The translations under genes were made by a program, and so were the position numbers. From positions 1 to 38,210 of the IMG/VR virus record IMGVR_UViG_3300044728_000098: 38,210 nt of DNA; one strand, given 5' to 3'. This document shows, in pieces, positions 7,541 through 15,559 of the stretch; position 1 is the stretch's first letter; each line of letters opens with the position of its first letter. Under the pieces are notes generated by a model. That model was not told where the DNA came from. It saw nothing but the letters and a program-made list of their open reading frames with translations, and ran no database searches. The DNA comes from a virus. Taxonomy: Duplodnaviria; Caudoviricetes.

Positions 7541-7746
7541 TTCGGCATTTCCTTTCTGAGCTTATTTACCATCCGGTAAATTCGCTTCATTTCTTTCGGG
7601 TCTTGTATTTCCCTAGCCTCTTTCTGAAGCTCGATTGTCCAAACCCGAATTTCATGGCAGATAGCTTGCACAGCGGCAAGATCTTTCATTCTTTCCTTTC
7701 TGCCTAGAACCTTTCTAGGACTTAGTGGTCCTGATAGCCACGACAA
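7537..7746 (-). CDS. Small helical protein (true start probably the internal MKDL)
   Basis: GAAAGGAAAG precedes the MKDL codon; the annotated start lies inside an 11-bp hairpin. Confidence 0.55.
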   Translation of the reverse strand: MSWLSGPLSPRKVLGRKERMKDLAAVQAICHEIRVWTIELQKEAREIQDPKEMKRIYRMVNKLRKEMPK

Positions 7747-7757
7747 CTATCAGGACC
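7727..7757. repeat. 11-bp perfect inverted repeat (hairpin)
   Basis: GGTCCTGATAG-N9-CTATCAGGACC. Confidence 0.75.
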
Positions 7758-7763
7758 GCCCGA

Positions 7764-7919
7764 TCAACCTACCGGGATTCTTTCCACCGTTTCACCTTGT
7801 ACCCTCAAGGCTTGCACACACTTTCGGCACAGTGTCATTTCGGCATTATCGTCGAATAGATACCATGCCACGTGGACGTTAGTTTGCGATCGTCCACAAC
7901 ACTCGCACGTTTCGATCAT
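7764..7919 (-). CDS. 51 aa zinc-finger microprotein (not in ORF track)
   Basis: AAGGTGGTG SD; MIETCECCGRSQ...MTLCRKCVQAL has two CxxC pairs. Confidence 0.7.
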   Translation of the reverse strand: MIETCECCGRSQTNVHVAWYLFDDNAEMTLCRKCVQALRVQGETVERIPVG

Positions 7920-7952
7920 TTCGTTTCACCACCTTTCTTAGTGAGGATAACC

Positions 7953-7979
7953 GTACTAGGGGGATAGTCCCCCTAGTAC
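7953..7979. terminator. Perfect 12-bp hairpin downstream of the first early gene (terminator or processing stem)
   Basis: GTACTAGGGGGA-TAG-TCCCCCTAGTAC; no U-tract on the minus strand. Confidence 0.55.
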
Positions 7980-8002
7980 CTTTGACCTAGCTCTAGGCTA
8001 GA

Positions 8003-8326
8003 TCAGCAATCATCGGCAGGATCAGCCTTTGGTGCAGCCTTACGGCCACGAGGCTTATCCGGATCTTTCTTGACCAAACGCTCAAGACCCTTTGCCCAGC
8101 TAGCATCCGTATAACCGGAAGTCAGCATATCGTACTGCTTATTATCAGCTGCACGATATTCGGCGAGAACCTTTGCGAGTGATTCATAGAAAGAACGCTG
8201 AGCCGTGATTACCTCAAGGTCTTGATCGGCATACGCCTTAACCAAGATCACTTGATTAGAACGGATAACCGGACCTGCACCTTTGACAGTCATCGGACGG
8301 TCAGCGGGAAATTCTTTCTTTGCCAT
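8003..8326 (-). CDS. First leftward early protein with an AT-hook-like C-terminus
   Basis: Perfect SD AAGGAGGTG before ATG 8326 (MAKKEF); C-terminal KPRGRKAAPK. Confidence 0.8.
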   Translation of the reverse strand: MAKKEFPADRPMTVKGAGPVIRSNQVILVKAYADQDLEVITAQRSFYESLAKVLAEYRAADNKQYDMLTSGYTDASWAKGLERLVKKDPDKPRGRKAAPKADPADDC

Positions 8327-8657
8327 TGTGAACACCTCCTTTCTTTGGTTTGTCATCTTCACTAGGGACTATCCCTGGCAGTAATACTTAGGTGAGTCAG
8401 ACCACAGATGTCAGACTGAATTTCCGGTAGCGGCAAAGTGAAAGTCACGCCATGCGCCTAGAAATTTCCCGATCAATCGCCCGGCGTGATCGGCTCGTAT
8501 GGGGCCGGGCGAGAAGTACGATGTAATTAAACCACGAAACACCGAGATGCACAACCTTTCCAACCTATTTACTTTGTGCGGTAACAAAGAATCTTTATAC
8601 ACCGAGGCGCATAGTAATTCACGGTACGAGTGTACCGCTTATAGATACTTCGATACC

Positions 8658-8763
8658 CTAACTGTTGCGAGACACAACCGTTGCAGTATGCAATAGTTTA
8701 TAAATGAAACTATTGTAAGGTGCAATAGTTGCGGGGTGCAAAGGTTGCGAGCGCAACTATCCG
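8658..8763. repeat. Array of GCAA-N3-TTGC quasi-palindromes with 16-bp periodicity
   Basis: Units start at 8658, 8674, 8690, 8706, 8722 and 8738, with a degenerate half-site at 8753. Confidence 0.8.
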
Positions 8764-8821
8764 GTTGGTCCCCACAGTATGCGACTGCCTCTTTTGGCTG
8801 CTACGCAGACAGAATAAAACA

Positions 8822-8895
8822 AAACATTTGAGCAGACACAAACCATTATTTTACGAAATTTTGACAAACATTTGAGCACGTGATACACATACATC
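8822..8895 (+). promoter_or_regulatory. Candidate promoter for a leaderless terS transcript with a 13-bp direct repeat
   Basis: TTGACA 8861-8866, 17 bp, TACACA (non-consensus -10), 6 bp, then ATG 8896 with no SD. AAACATTTGAGCA at 8822-8834 and 8866-8878. Confidence 0.45.
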
Positions 8896-9564
8896 ATGGA
8901 GCTAGTTTTCGATCGCCCTACAGAAACCACCGAAGTGGTTGAAATACTGTATCCGAAAGAAACACTCCAACAAGTTGTCACACAGATTGAAGCTCGATAT
9001 TGGCTCACTGGAGAATACCCTATGGGCACACAGTTAAACGAAGCTTTCAGCACTGACTTCACAATTCTCAAGGCGATGCTACCAGCGATAAATAAAGCTT
9101 TAGAAAAACGGGAACTACCGCCTTATGATCCTTGGAAAAGAATTCCTAAGAAAGACGAGCTAGACCCCGCATTCGTAATAGCTGTAAACAGTTTAGTTGA
9201 TATCTCAGATAAAAGAAGTAAGGCCATTAAGCTCAAGGCTGTAGGGATGACGACGCACAAATTTAATGTGCTTCTTAAGTCAAAGCAGAATAAAGCTTAC
9301 TACGAAGCTCGTGCGGAAACTGCTTTTCAAGATGTCCAGCCTGTAGCAAAAACGTCTCTCGGTAGATTGGTCGATTCTGGAGATTTGCAGGCAATTAAGT
9401 ACTACCATGAATTTACTGGAGTACATGACCCAAACAGAGAATTGAACCAGAACTTGAACAAGATCATTTTTCTGTTTATGGAAGTTTTAGTAAGACACGT
9501 CGATCCAAAACTTGTGGATACAATTTCGCAAGAGTTTGAAGTCAAACTTCTGGAGCTAAAATGA
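8896..9564 (+). CDS. Putative terminase small subunit
   Basis: First late-arm gene; helical with an HTH-like segment and GDLQAIKYY. Call is mainly positional. Confidence 0.55.
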   Translation: MELVFDRPTETTEVVEILYPKETLQQVVTQIEARYWLTGEYPMGTQLNEAFSTDFTILKAMLPAINKALEKRELPPYDPWKRIPKKDELDPAFVIAVNSLVDISDKRSKAIKLKAVGMTTHKFNVLLKSKQNKAYYEARAETAFQDVQPVAKTSLGRLVDSGDLQAIKYYHEFTGVHDPNRELNQNLNKIIFLFMEVLVRHVDPKLVDTISQEFEVKLLELK

Positions 9565-10343
9565 ACATAACATCGAGGACTGCATGGGGATCAAAAAAGA
9601 CTTCAATTCCAGTGTTAAATGGGGCTCTTCCTAGAGTTTACATACATCACACCGCAGGCCATTTCCCCAACTCTGTTGAGGAAGAAATTACGCAGATGCG
9701 TACTTTACAGAACTACGCCATTAACACGAAACATTACACAGACATAGATTACAACTGGTTAATTGGTCCCTCAGGAACTGTGTATGAAAGTCGTGGACTT
9801 AATAGAAAAAGCGCCGCAACTTTGGGAGAAAATGAAGTCTCCCGTTCTATATGTCTCATGGGAAATTTCCAAGGAGATATACCAACTACACGAAGTGTGG
9901 AAGCTGTAGCAGACTGTATTAAATTCCTGATAGATCATGGAGATTTAGCAGCGGCTCGTCAGTTAGAAATTCTTGGTCACCGAGACAACCCAAAGCACCC
10001 AAATGCTACGGCTTGTCCAGGTGACCATTTGTATGCATACCTACCAAAGATTCGTGATGCAATTATTGGTCATGAACCCAATCCTGATGGAGATGATGAA
10101 ATGCTCAAGGCAAGATTTGTAAGGCAAAAGGGCTACACCAACGTTTTTGTCGTTGGAGGAGGTTTCCCAGTTCTCCATTGTAGTGGAGAATTGATGAGTT
10201 CGATTGAAACTGAAGATCCTTCAACACCGAAGATTTTCCAAGACAACATGGCTGCAATGCATGGACTTTGCACACAAGCTGGATTGGATATCAATGATCC
10301 AAAACAAGTAGTTCCAGGAGGACCAAATGACCGTTTTGGCTGA
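9561..10343 (+). CDS. Endolysin, N-acetylmuramoyl-L-alanine amidase (PGRP-like Amidase_2)
   Basis: ITSRTAWG, YIHHTAG, DIDYNWLIG..G.VYESRG, GHRD, TACPG. Confidence 0.93.
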   Translation: MNITSRTAWGSKKTSIPVLNGALPRVYIHHTAGHFPNSVEEEITQMRTLQNYAINTKHYTDIDYNWLIGPSGTVYESRGLNRKSAATLGENEVSRSICLMGNFQGDIPTTRSVEAVADCIKFLIDHGDLAAARQLEILGHRDNPKHPNATACPGDHLYAYLPKIRDAIIGHEPNPDGDDEMLKARFVRQKGYTNVFVVGGGFPVLHCSGELMSSIETEDPSTPKIFQDNMAAMHGLCTQAGLDINDPKQVVPGGPNDRFG

Positions 10344-10344
10344 G

Positions 10345-10443
10345 ATGATTGCAGCGGAGGATAGTTCGGCACAGACTATTCTCATCATTATTGCAGCTGT
10401 AGTGCTAATCCTGTGCGGAATCATTTACATAGTCCGTAGATGA
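10345..10443 (+). CDS. 32 aa single-TM microprotein in the lysis cassette (not in ORF track)
   Basis: MIAAEDSSAQTILIIIAAVVLILCGIIYIVRR; its stop overlaps the holin ATG (ATGA). Confidence 0.65.
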   Translation: MIAAEDSSAQTILIIIAAVVLILCGIIYIVRR

Positions 10444-10772
10444 TAACAGTAAGCAACCCCGTTTATCTTTTGATAACAGGTCTAATACCCCTTTTGACTG
10501 GACTCATCACAAAGATAAACCTTAAAGGGTCATGGAAAGGACTAATCACACTTTTTCTAAACAGCGTACTTGCATTTTTAACTGCAAACGTGGTAAAAGG
10601 TAGTGACTTCGCAGCTTTCAGTTGGCAAACCTTAGTTACTGCCTTCATTGGATTTGCAATCAGTGTTTCGACATACCAAGCAGTCTGGTCAAAGACTAGA
10701 CTCACATCATCCAAACCAGATAGTTTACTCTTACCGAATTTCGGAATAGGAAAGGAAGAACCAAGTGAGTGA
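10440..10772 (+). CDS. Holin
   Basis: Three hydrophobic segments, LIPLLTGLITK motif, charged C-terminus, next to the amidase. Confidence 0.8.
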   Translation: MITVSNPVYLLITGLIPLLTGLITKINLKGSWKGLITLFLNSVLAFLTANVVKGSDFAAFSWQTLVTAFIGFAISVSTYQAVWSKTRLTSSKPDSLLLPNFGIGKEEPSE

Positions 10773-11238
10773 TTTCGTTCACGACCCCAATCCAACAGTA
10801 GCAGTAATCAATCAGCCAGAAGGCTCTGTATTGGTTACAACTGAGAACAGTGACTTCATGCATAGGACAGCAGAACAAACTGCTGAGGAAATGACTTTGA
10901 AGGCAGAGCAAGCAGCAGAAGTTGCTGAGCTACAGGAAAAGCATGTAGAGGAAAATGCAAAGGTAGAAGAAGGCGAGCCTTTGGAAGAAGTAGAGCCACC
11001 AGTTCCTTATCGTGCATCAACTCCTGAAAGTGATAAGGCTGCAACAGATCAACTCCTTGAAGAAGGAAAGATCACAGAAGATGAGCACAAAGAGCGAGTT
11101 GCAGAAATTGCAAAGATCGCAAAAGACGAAACTGTGAGTCCCCAAGAGCCAAAAGAAGAAGCGGCTCCAAAAGCTAAGACCGCAGACCATAAGGAGGACG
11201 ATACGAAGAACCTCAAAACAGATACAACAAAGAAATAA
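10765..11238 (+). CDS. Acidic low-complexity hypothetical protein
   Basis: E/K/A/T-rich 157 aa ORF coupled to the holin. Confidence 0.75.
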   Translation: MSDFVHDPNPTVAVINQPEGSVLVTTENSDFMHRTAEQTAEEMTLKAEQAAEVAELQEKHVEENAKVEEGEPLEEVEPPVPYRASTPESDKAATDQLLEEGKITEDEHKERVAEIAKIAKDETVSPQEPKEEAAPKAKTADHKEDDTKNLKTDTTKK

Positions 11239-11250
11239 TTCAGCTACCCC

Positions 11251-12774
11251 GTGAGTAAAAAATTCATAGCTCCGTCCCTGAGTATGACTGCGGACGTTTT
11301 TCGTTCGTCGTTAAAGCGAATAATTACTCACCCCACAATAGCTGGCTACACTCCACAAGAACAACAACTTCCCTTTCACACCTCACACGCGAAAGGAAAA
11401 GTTGCCTTGGGTGGTAACCGTGCGGGTAAAACTGTTGCGGGAGCCACTGAAACTACGTGGAAAATGACAGGGACTCATCCGTGGAATCAAAAGAAGAAAC
11501 CTCCAATAGCCTGTAGAGCAATTGGTTCCTCGTTTGAGGAAGGAATTAAGAAGATTATCATTCCAGAACTAGCTAAGTGGATTCCACCTAGTCAGTTAAA
11601 GAATGGTAGTTGGGAGGCAAGTTATGATGCAGCCGCTCGTAACTTAACTCTGGAAAATGGATCGACAATTGAATTTCTGACTTACGAGCAAGAAGTTCAA
11701 AAGCACGCTGGTACTTCTAGGGATCACATTTGGTTCGATGAAGAACCGCCTCAAGCAATTTTCAACGAAAACATGATCCGTCTAGCAGATGTAGATGGTG
11801 AGTGGATTCTAACAATGACGCCATTGTTAGATATGAGTTGGACATACAACCGACTTTATTTAGAGGGACTGAAACCTGAGAACGAAGGCTTGGCGATATT
11901 TCATCTGGATACTCTTTCTAATCCTTATATTACTGCTTCTGTTCTAGAGGAACTGCTAGAGGGAATGACAGATGAAGAAAAGAACGCAAGAACCCACGGA
12001 ACTTACTACAACCTTTCAGGGGGAATTTACACTAAAAGTTTGTCGCAAGACAACTTCATTGACCCAATTATTGGAACTCCCATGTGGGATGCCTACAAAT
12101 ACAATTGGGGACATTTTGGGATGTTGGATCACGGATACACAAATCTTACAGCATTCCATCTTGCGTGCTACAACGAGCATGGACAGGTAATTGTCTATGA
12201 GGAATACACATCGACGAAAACTTTGGTTAAGGATAATGCTCGGGCTATCCTGGGCCTTATTCGTCGTCTTGGTTTGCACGAAATAATTGATTACACGGTC
12301 GCTGATCCTTCAATCCGTAACACTCAACCGATTGAAGGCAAAAGTATTCACGAAGAATATGGAGAAAATGGTCTGTACTTGGTCCTCGGTAACAATGACG
12401 TAAAGGCAGGAATTCTTCGAGTAAATGGGATGATCGCACGTAATGAACTAAAGTTCACTACGAACTGTGAGAATCTCATTAAAGAGATTCCACAATACCG
12501 TTGGGCCAAGTACACTTCTAGCAAGACGGCTGATAGGAACAACGTTCAGGAACAACCTACCAAAAAAGATGATCATTCAATGGATGCCATTAGATATGGA
12601 ATGATGAGTCGTCCAGAAATGTTTGAGTCGAAAGACACACCTGTAGGAAATGTTCTGAACGCTCCAGAAGCCATTGTTCATGAAGAATACAGAGATAGAG
12701 AACTAATGAAGTTATCATACAAAGAGTATGATGACCCGGCAATTTGGGATGATATCCTAGGATCGGATTGGTAA
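11251..12774 (+). CDS. terL: Terminase large subunit
   Basis: Walker A GGNRAGKT, Walker B IWFDEEPP, LTMTP, nuclease motifs MLDHG, ADPS and DDHSMDAIRY. Confidence 0.96.
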   Translation: MSKKFIAPSLSMTADVFRSSLKRIITHPTIAGYTPQEQQLPFHTSHAKGKVALGGNRAGKTVAGATETTWKMTGTHPWNQKKKPPIACRAIGSSFEEGIKKIIIPELAKWIPPSQLKNGSWEASYDAAARNLTLENGSTIEFLTYEQEVQKHAGTSRDHIWFDEEPPQAIFNENMIRLADVDGEWILTMTPLLDMSWTYNRLYLEGLKPENEGLAIFHLDTLSNPYITASVLEELLEGMTDEEKNARTHGTYYNLSGGIYTKSLSQDNFIDPIIGTPMWDAYKYNWGHFGMLDHGYTNLTAFHLACYNEHGQVIVYEEYTSTKTLVKDNARAILGLIRRLGLHEIIDYTVADPSIRNTQPIEGKSIHEEYGENGLYLVLGNNDVKAGILRVNGMIARNELKFTTNCENLIKEIPQYRWAKYTSSKTADRNNVQEQPTKKDDHSMDAIRYGMMSRPEMFESKDTPVGNVLNAPEAIVHEEYRDRELMKLSYKEYDDPAIWDDILGSDW

Positions 12775-13262
12775 TGAGACCTGTAGCACTGACATATGAT
12801 CCACCTGCAATGCCTCACACTTGTATTAAATGTGGAGCACATGCACAGATACGAGATTGGTTTGTAGACATTGGCGCAGAAGTCGAATGGGAGGGATACA
12901 TTTATCTTTGTAACAGCTGTCTTGCTGATATCGTCAGAGTTACTCCTGATTTTCTTAGCGTGGATGCTCACCGTGAAATTGTAGCTGAATACATGGCTAG
13001 AATGGATGAACTTTCAGAACTCAAAAAGAAATTTAATACAATGAGTGAGTTGTGGTTTGAAATGACAGGCAACTCACTTGAAGTATTCATGGACAACCTA
13101 GTGAAAGTGAATGACTATGCAAGATTGGAACTTTCAAGAACTGTACCTAGCACAGTTGGGGATTTGCCAACAATTGTCAGCAACAGTTCAGAACCAGAGC
13201 GTGATAATCGTGAATCTGACGAATCAGAACCTCTTGTTATCCCAGATGTCGAATTCGCTTGA
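12768..13262 (+). CDS. Zinc-finger plus coiled-coil hypothetical protein
   Basis: CIKC and LCNSC; lies between terL and portal. Confidence 0.75.
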   Translation: MVMRPVALTYDPPAMPHTCIKCGAHAQIRDWFVDIGAEVEWEGYIYLCNSCLADIVRVTPDFLSVDAHREIVAEYMARMDELSELKKKFNTMSELWFEMTGNSLEVFMDNLVKVNDYARLELSRTVPSTVGDLPTIVSNSSEPERDNRESDESEPLVIPDVEFA

Positions 13263-13404
13263 ACCCACACCATTTAAAGATGGAGATACTTTCTCAATGG
13301 AAGCTAATGATGGTGTCTATGAAGAAGGTCATACTATCTTTGAGTTGGATGAGTTCGATAAAGACTTGATTGGAGAAGCGGAAAATGTCGAAGAAGCCGT
13401 TTGA
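13246..13404 (+). CDS. Small acidic hypothetical protein
   Basis: Internal ATG of ORF 13111..13404 tiles the gap before the portal. Confidence 0.5.
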   Translation: MSNSLEPTPFKDGDTFSMEANDGVYEEGHTIFELDEFDKDLIGEAENVEEAV

Positions 13405-15559
13405 TACTGTCAAGGAAGAAGTCGACTATTGGGAGAAGAAGTTTAAAACTTGTGAGAATCTTCGCAAGTCCTATGAACAGCAATGGTATATGAACCTTGC
13501 GTTCTATTTCAGTAAGCAATGGGTTGTATGGCAACAAAGTATTGGTGGTACTGGTGGGCGACTATATAATCCTCCTACTCCTAGAAATCGTGTTCGTCTT
13601 ACGGCAAATCGTGTCAAGCCGATTGTAAGAGATGAACTGACAAAGTTGATTAAGCAGGAACCTCAGTTCTATGCTAAGCCAAATACAACAGACCCTATGG
13701 ATGTTTCAGCAGCTAGAGTGGCAGAAAGTTTAGCTGAATACTGTCTAACTTCTGGTTATTATAACAGAATTAGACGGCAAGCCACATTCTGGATGCTTCT
13801 TTGTGGTACAGGGTATATCAAGACAACGTGTAAGGCGGAGAATACTCCTCTCATTTATGAGAGGATTCCTGCATTTAATATGTACTTCCCGAATCTTGAG
13901 GAAGAAGATATCCAAAATCAACGTTTCGTTATGCATGTTCGTGGCGTTGATCCAGAGGATATTGAGGAAACCTACGATATCAAAGTCAAGACTGATATGG
14001 ATATCGTCAACACGAATCTTGAAGCTAGATTCTTGAGTGCAATTGGAGTTCAGAATCAAGCAGCAGGTGCAAAAGCTGTTCTTGTTAAGGAAATCTGGGT
14101 AAAGCCGTGTAAGAAATACCCAGCTGGTGCAATGCTTGTTATTGGGGATGACAAAATCCTCTACAGGTATAGCCCAGAAGGAACTAAAGTTGATGAAGAT
14201 ACTGGAGTAGAAACTCAAGGTGCAGATGAACTTCCATACGATCATGGAAACTATCCATTTGCTAAAATGGATCACACAGCTAGTGGTCGCTGCTACGGTA
14301 TTTCAACAATCGAGGACATCATTCCACTTCAAAAGGAGTATAACAAGACTCGAAGCCAGATAATTGAAGCAAAGAATCGTATGGCAAAGCCACAAATGGC
14401 TTATACGAAAGGTTCCATTGATGTCACGAAAGTTACTTCTGAAGTGGGGCTTTATATTGCTGTTAATCCTGGGTTCAATCCTCCTACTCCAATTCAAATT
14501 GAGCCCTTACCTCAATATGCATTAGAAGAACCACAACGAATCATCGACGATATGGATGAGATTGCAGGTAGGAATGAAATTTCACGAGGTACTGTGCCTA
14601 CAGGAATTGAAGCTGCGTCGGCTATCGCGTATCTTACTGAACAAAATGATTCCAAGATATATAACACCGTGGCATCCATCGAGGAAGCTACCACAGAGGT
14701 TGGTAAACAGACTTTAGCTTTGATTAATCAGTTCTGGGATGAAGAATACATCGTAAACATTGTCTCTAAGAACAATTCATTTGAAGCTACTCTGTTCAAG
14801 CAGAGTAATCTCACCAACAATATGGATATTGCGGTTGAGCCTGGTTCTATGGCTCCCAAATCCAAAGCTGCAACTCAAGCATTCATTACTGATCTAATGA
14901 AGAATGGGTTGATTCCGCCCGAAAAGGGACTCCGTTATCTGCAAATGAATGAGACTTCTAGGCTTTATGAAGAACTGCAAGCTGATTCAAAGCAGGCGCA
15001 ACGGGAAAATCACGCAATGGCTATGGTGCAAGATCCCACGGCAATGCCCTTTGGAATGCCAAATATGGGAATGGATCAAGGAATGGCGGGGGCAATTGAT
15101 CCTAGTATTAATCCTATGCTTGATCCTATGGGTGCGGGACTAAATGGTGGAGGTATGCCTCCATTAGATATGTCTGGAATGCAAACACCACCAATAAATG
15201 GGATGCCTGTAGACCCAATGGCTATGGGTGGAATGCCTCCAATGAATGGTATGCCTCCACAAAATGGAATGCCTCCTATGATGGGAATGCAACCACCAGG
15301 ACCACCCCAGCCACAAGTATTTCAGCCTAATTCATATGACAATGATGCTGTTCATGTTTATGAACACGAATTGTTTATGAAGTCTCAACAATATGAAGGA
15401 CTGTCTGATTACGTTAAGTCAGTCTTTGAACTTCACCTTACGTTAACTAAGCAGAAAGTGGTGGCCGCACAAAATGTCGGACTTCAACAATCCGGAAATG
15501 CCGGACCTGATAATTCCTCCGTTCCAGCCAACGGACAGCCCCAACCAGTCCCAGCCTGA
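13385..15559 (+). CDS. Portal protein (P22-like podoviral type) with an M/P/G-rich insertion
   Basis: Follows TerL; NRVKPIV, G.GYIK, YPF, YGISTIEDIIPLQKEYNKTRS and SRG...ASAI motifs; GGAG before ATG 13385. Confidence 0.9.
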   Translation: MSKKPFDTVKEEVDYWEKKFKTCENLRKSYEQQWYMNLAFYFSKQWVVWQQSIGGTGGRLYNPPTPRNRVRLTANRVKPIVRDELTKLIKQEPQFYAKPNTTDPMDVSAARVAESLAEYCLTSGYYNRIRRQATFWMLLCGTGYIKTTCKAENTPLIYERIPAFNMYFPNLEEEDIQNQRFVMHVRGVDPEDIEETYDIKVKTDMDIVNTNLEARFLSAIGVQNQAAGAKAVLVKEIWVKPCKKYPAGAMLVIGDDKILYRYSPEGTKVDEDTGVETQGADELPYDHGNYPFAKMDHTASGRCYGISTIEDIIPLQKEYNKTRSQIIEAKNRMAKPQMAYTKGSIDVTKVTSEVGLYIAVNPGFNPPTPIQIEPLPQYALEEPQRIIDDMDEIAGRNEISRGTVPTGIEAASAIAYLTEQNDSKIYNTVASIEEATTEVGKQTLALINQFWDEEYIVNIVSKNNSFEATLFKQSNLTNNMDIAVEPGSMAPKSKAATQAFITDLMKNGLIPPEKGLRYLQMNETSRLYEELQADSKQAQRENHAMAMVQDPTAMPFGMPNMGMDQGMAGAIDPSINPMLDPMGAGLNGGGMPPLDMSGMQTPPINGMPVDPMAMGGMPPMNGMPPQNGMPPMMGMQPPGPPQPQVFQPNSYDNDAVHVYEHELFMKSQQYEGLSDYVKSVFELHLTLTKQKVVAAQNVGLQQSGNAGPDNSSVPANGQPQPVPA

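Noticed and set aside
7953-7979. N4-type virion RNA polymerase hairpin promoter
   Set aside because: No RNA polymerase motifs found in the 1180 aa protein or elsewhere, and host-type promoters are present.
8469-8512. GC-rich inverted repeats TCGCCCGGC/GCCGGGCGA and CCGATCA/TGATCGG
   Set aside because: Real but short, with no U-tract or second copy, so no function can be supported.
8658-8763. CRISPR or mini-CRISPR array
   Set aside because: Units are 11 bp with 5-bp spacers, far too short. The PD-(D/E)XK nuclease sits in a recombination module, not a cas operon.
8411-9071. ORFs 8411..8602, 8499..8696 and 8757..9071
   Set aside because: No SD or motifs. They lie in the regulatory gap or antisense to the putative terS.
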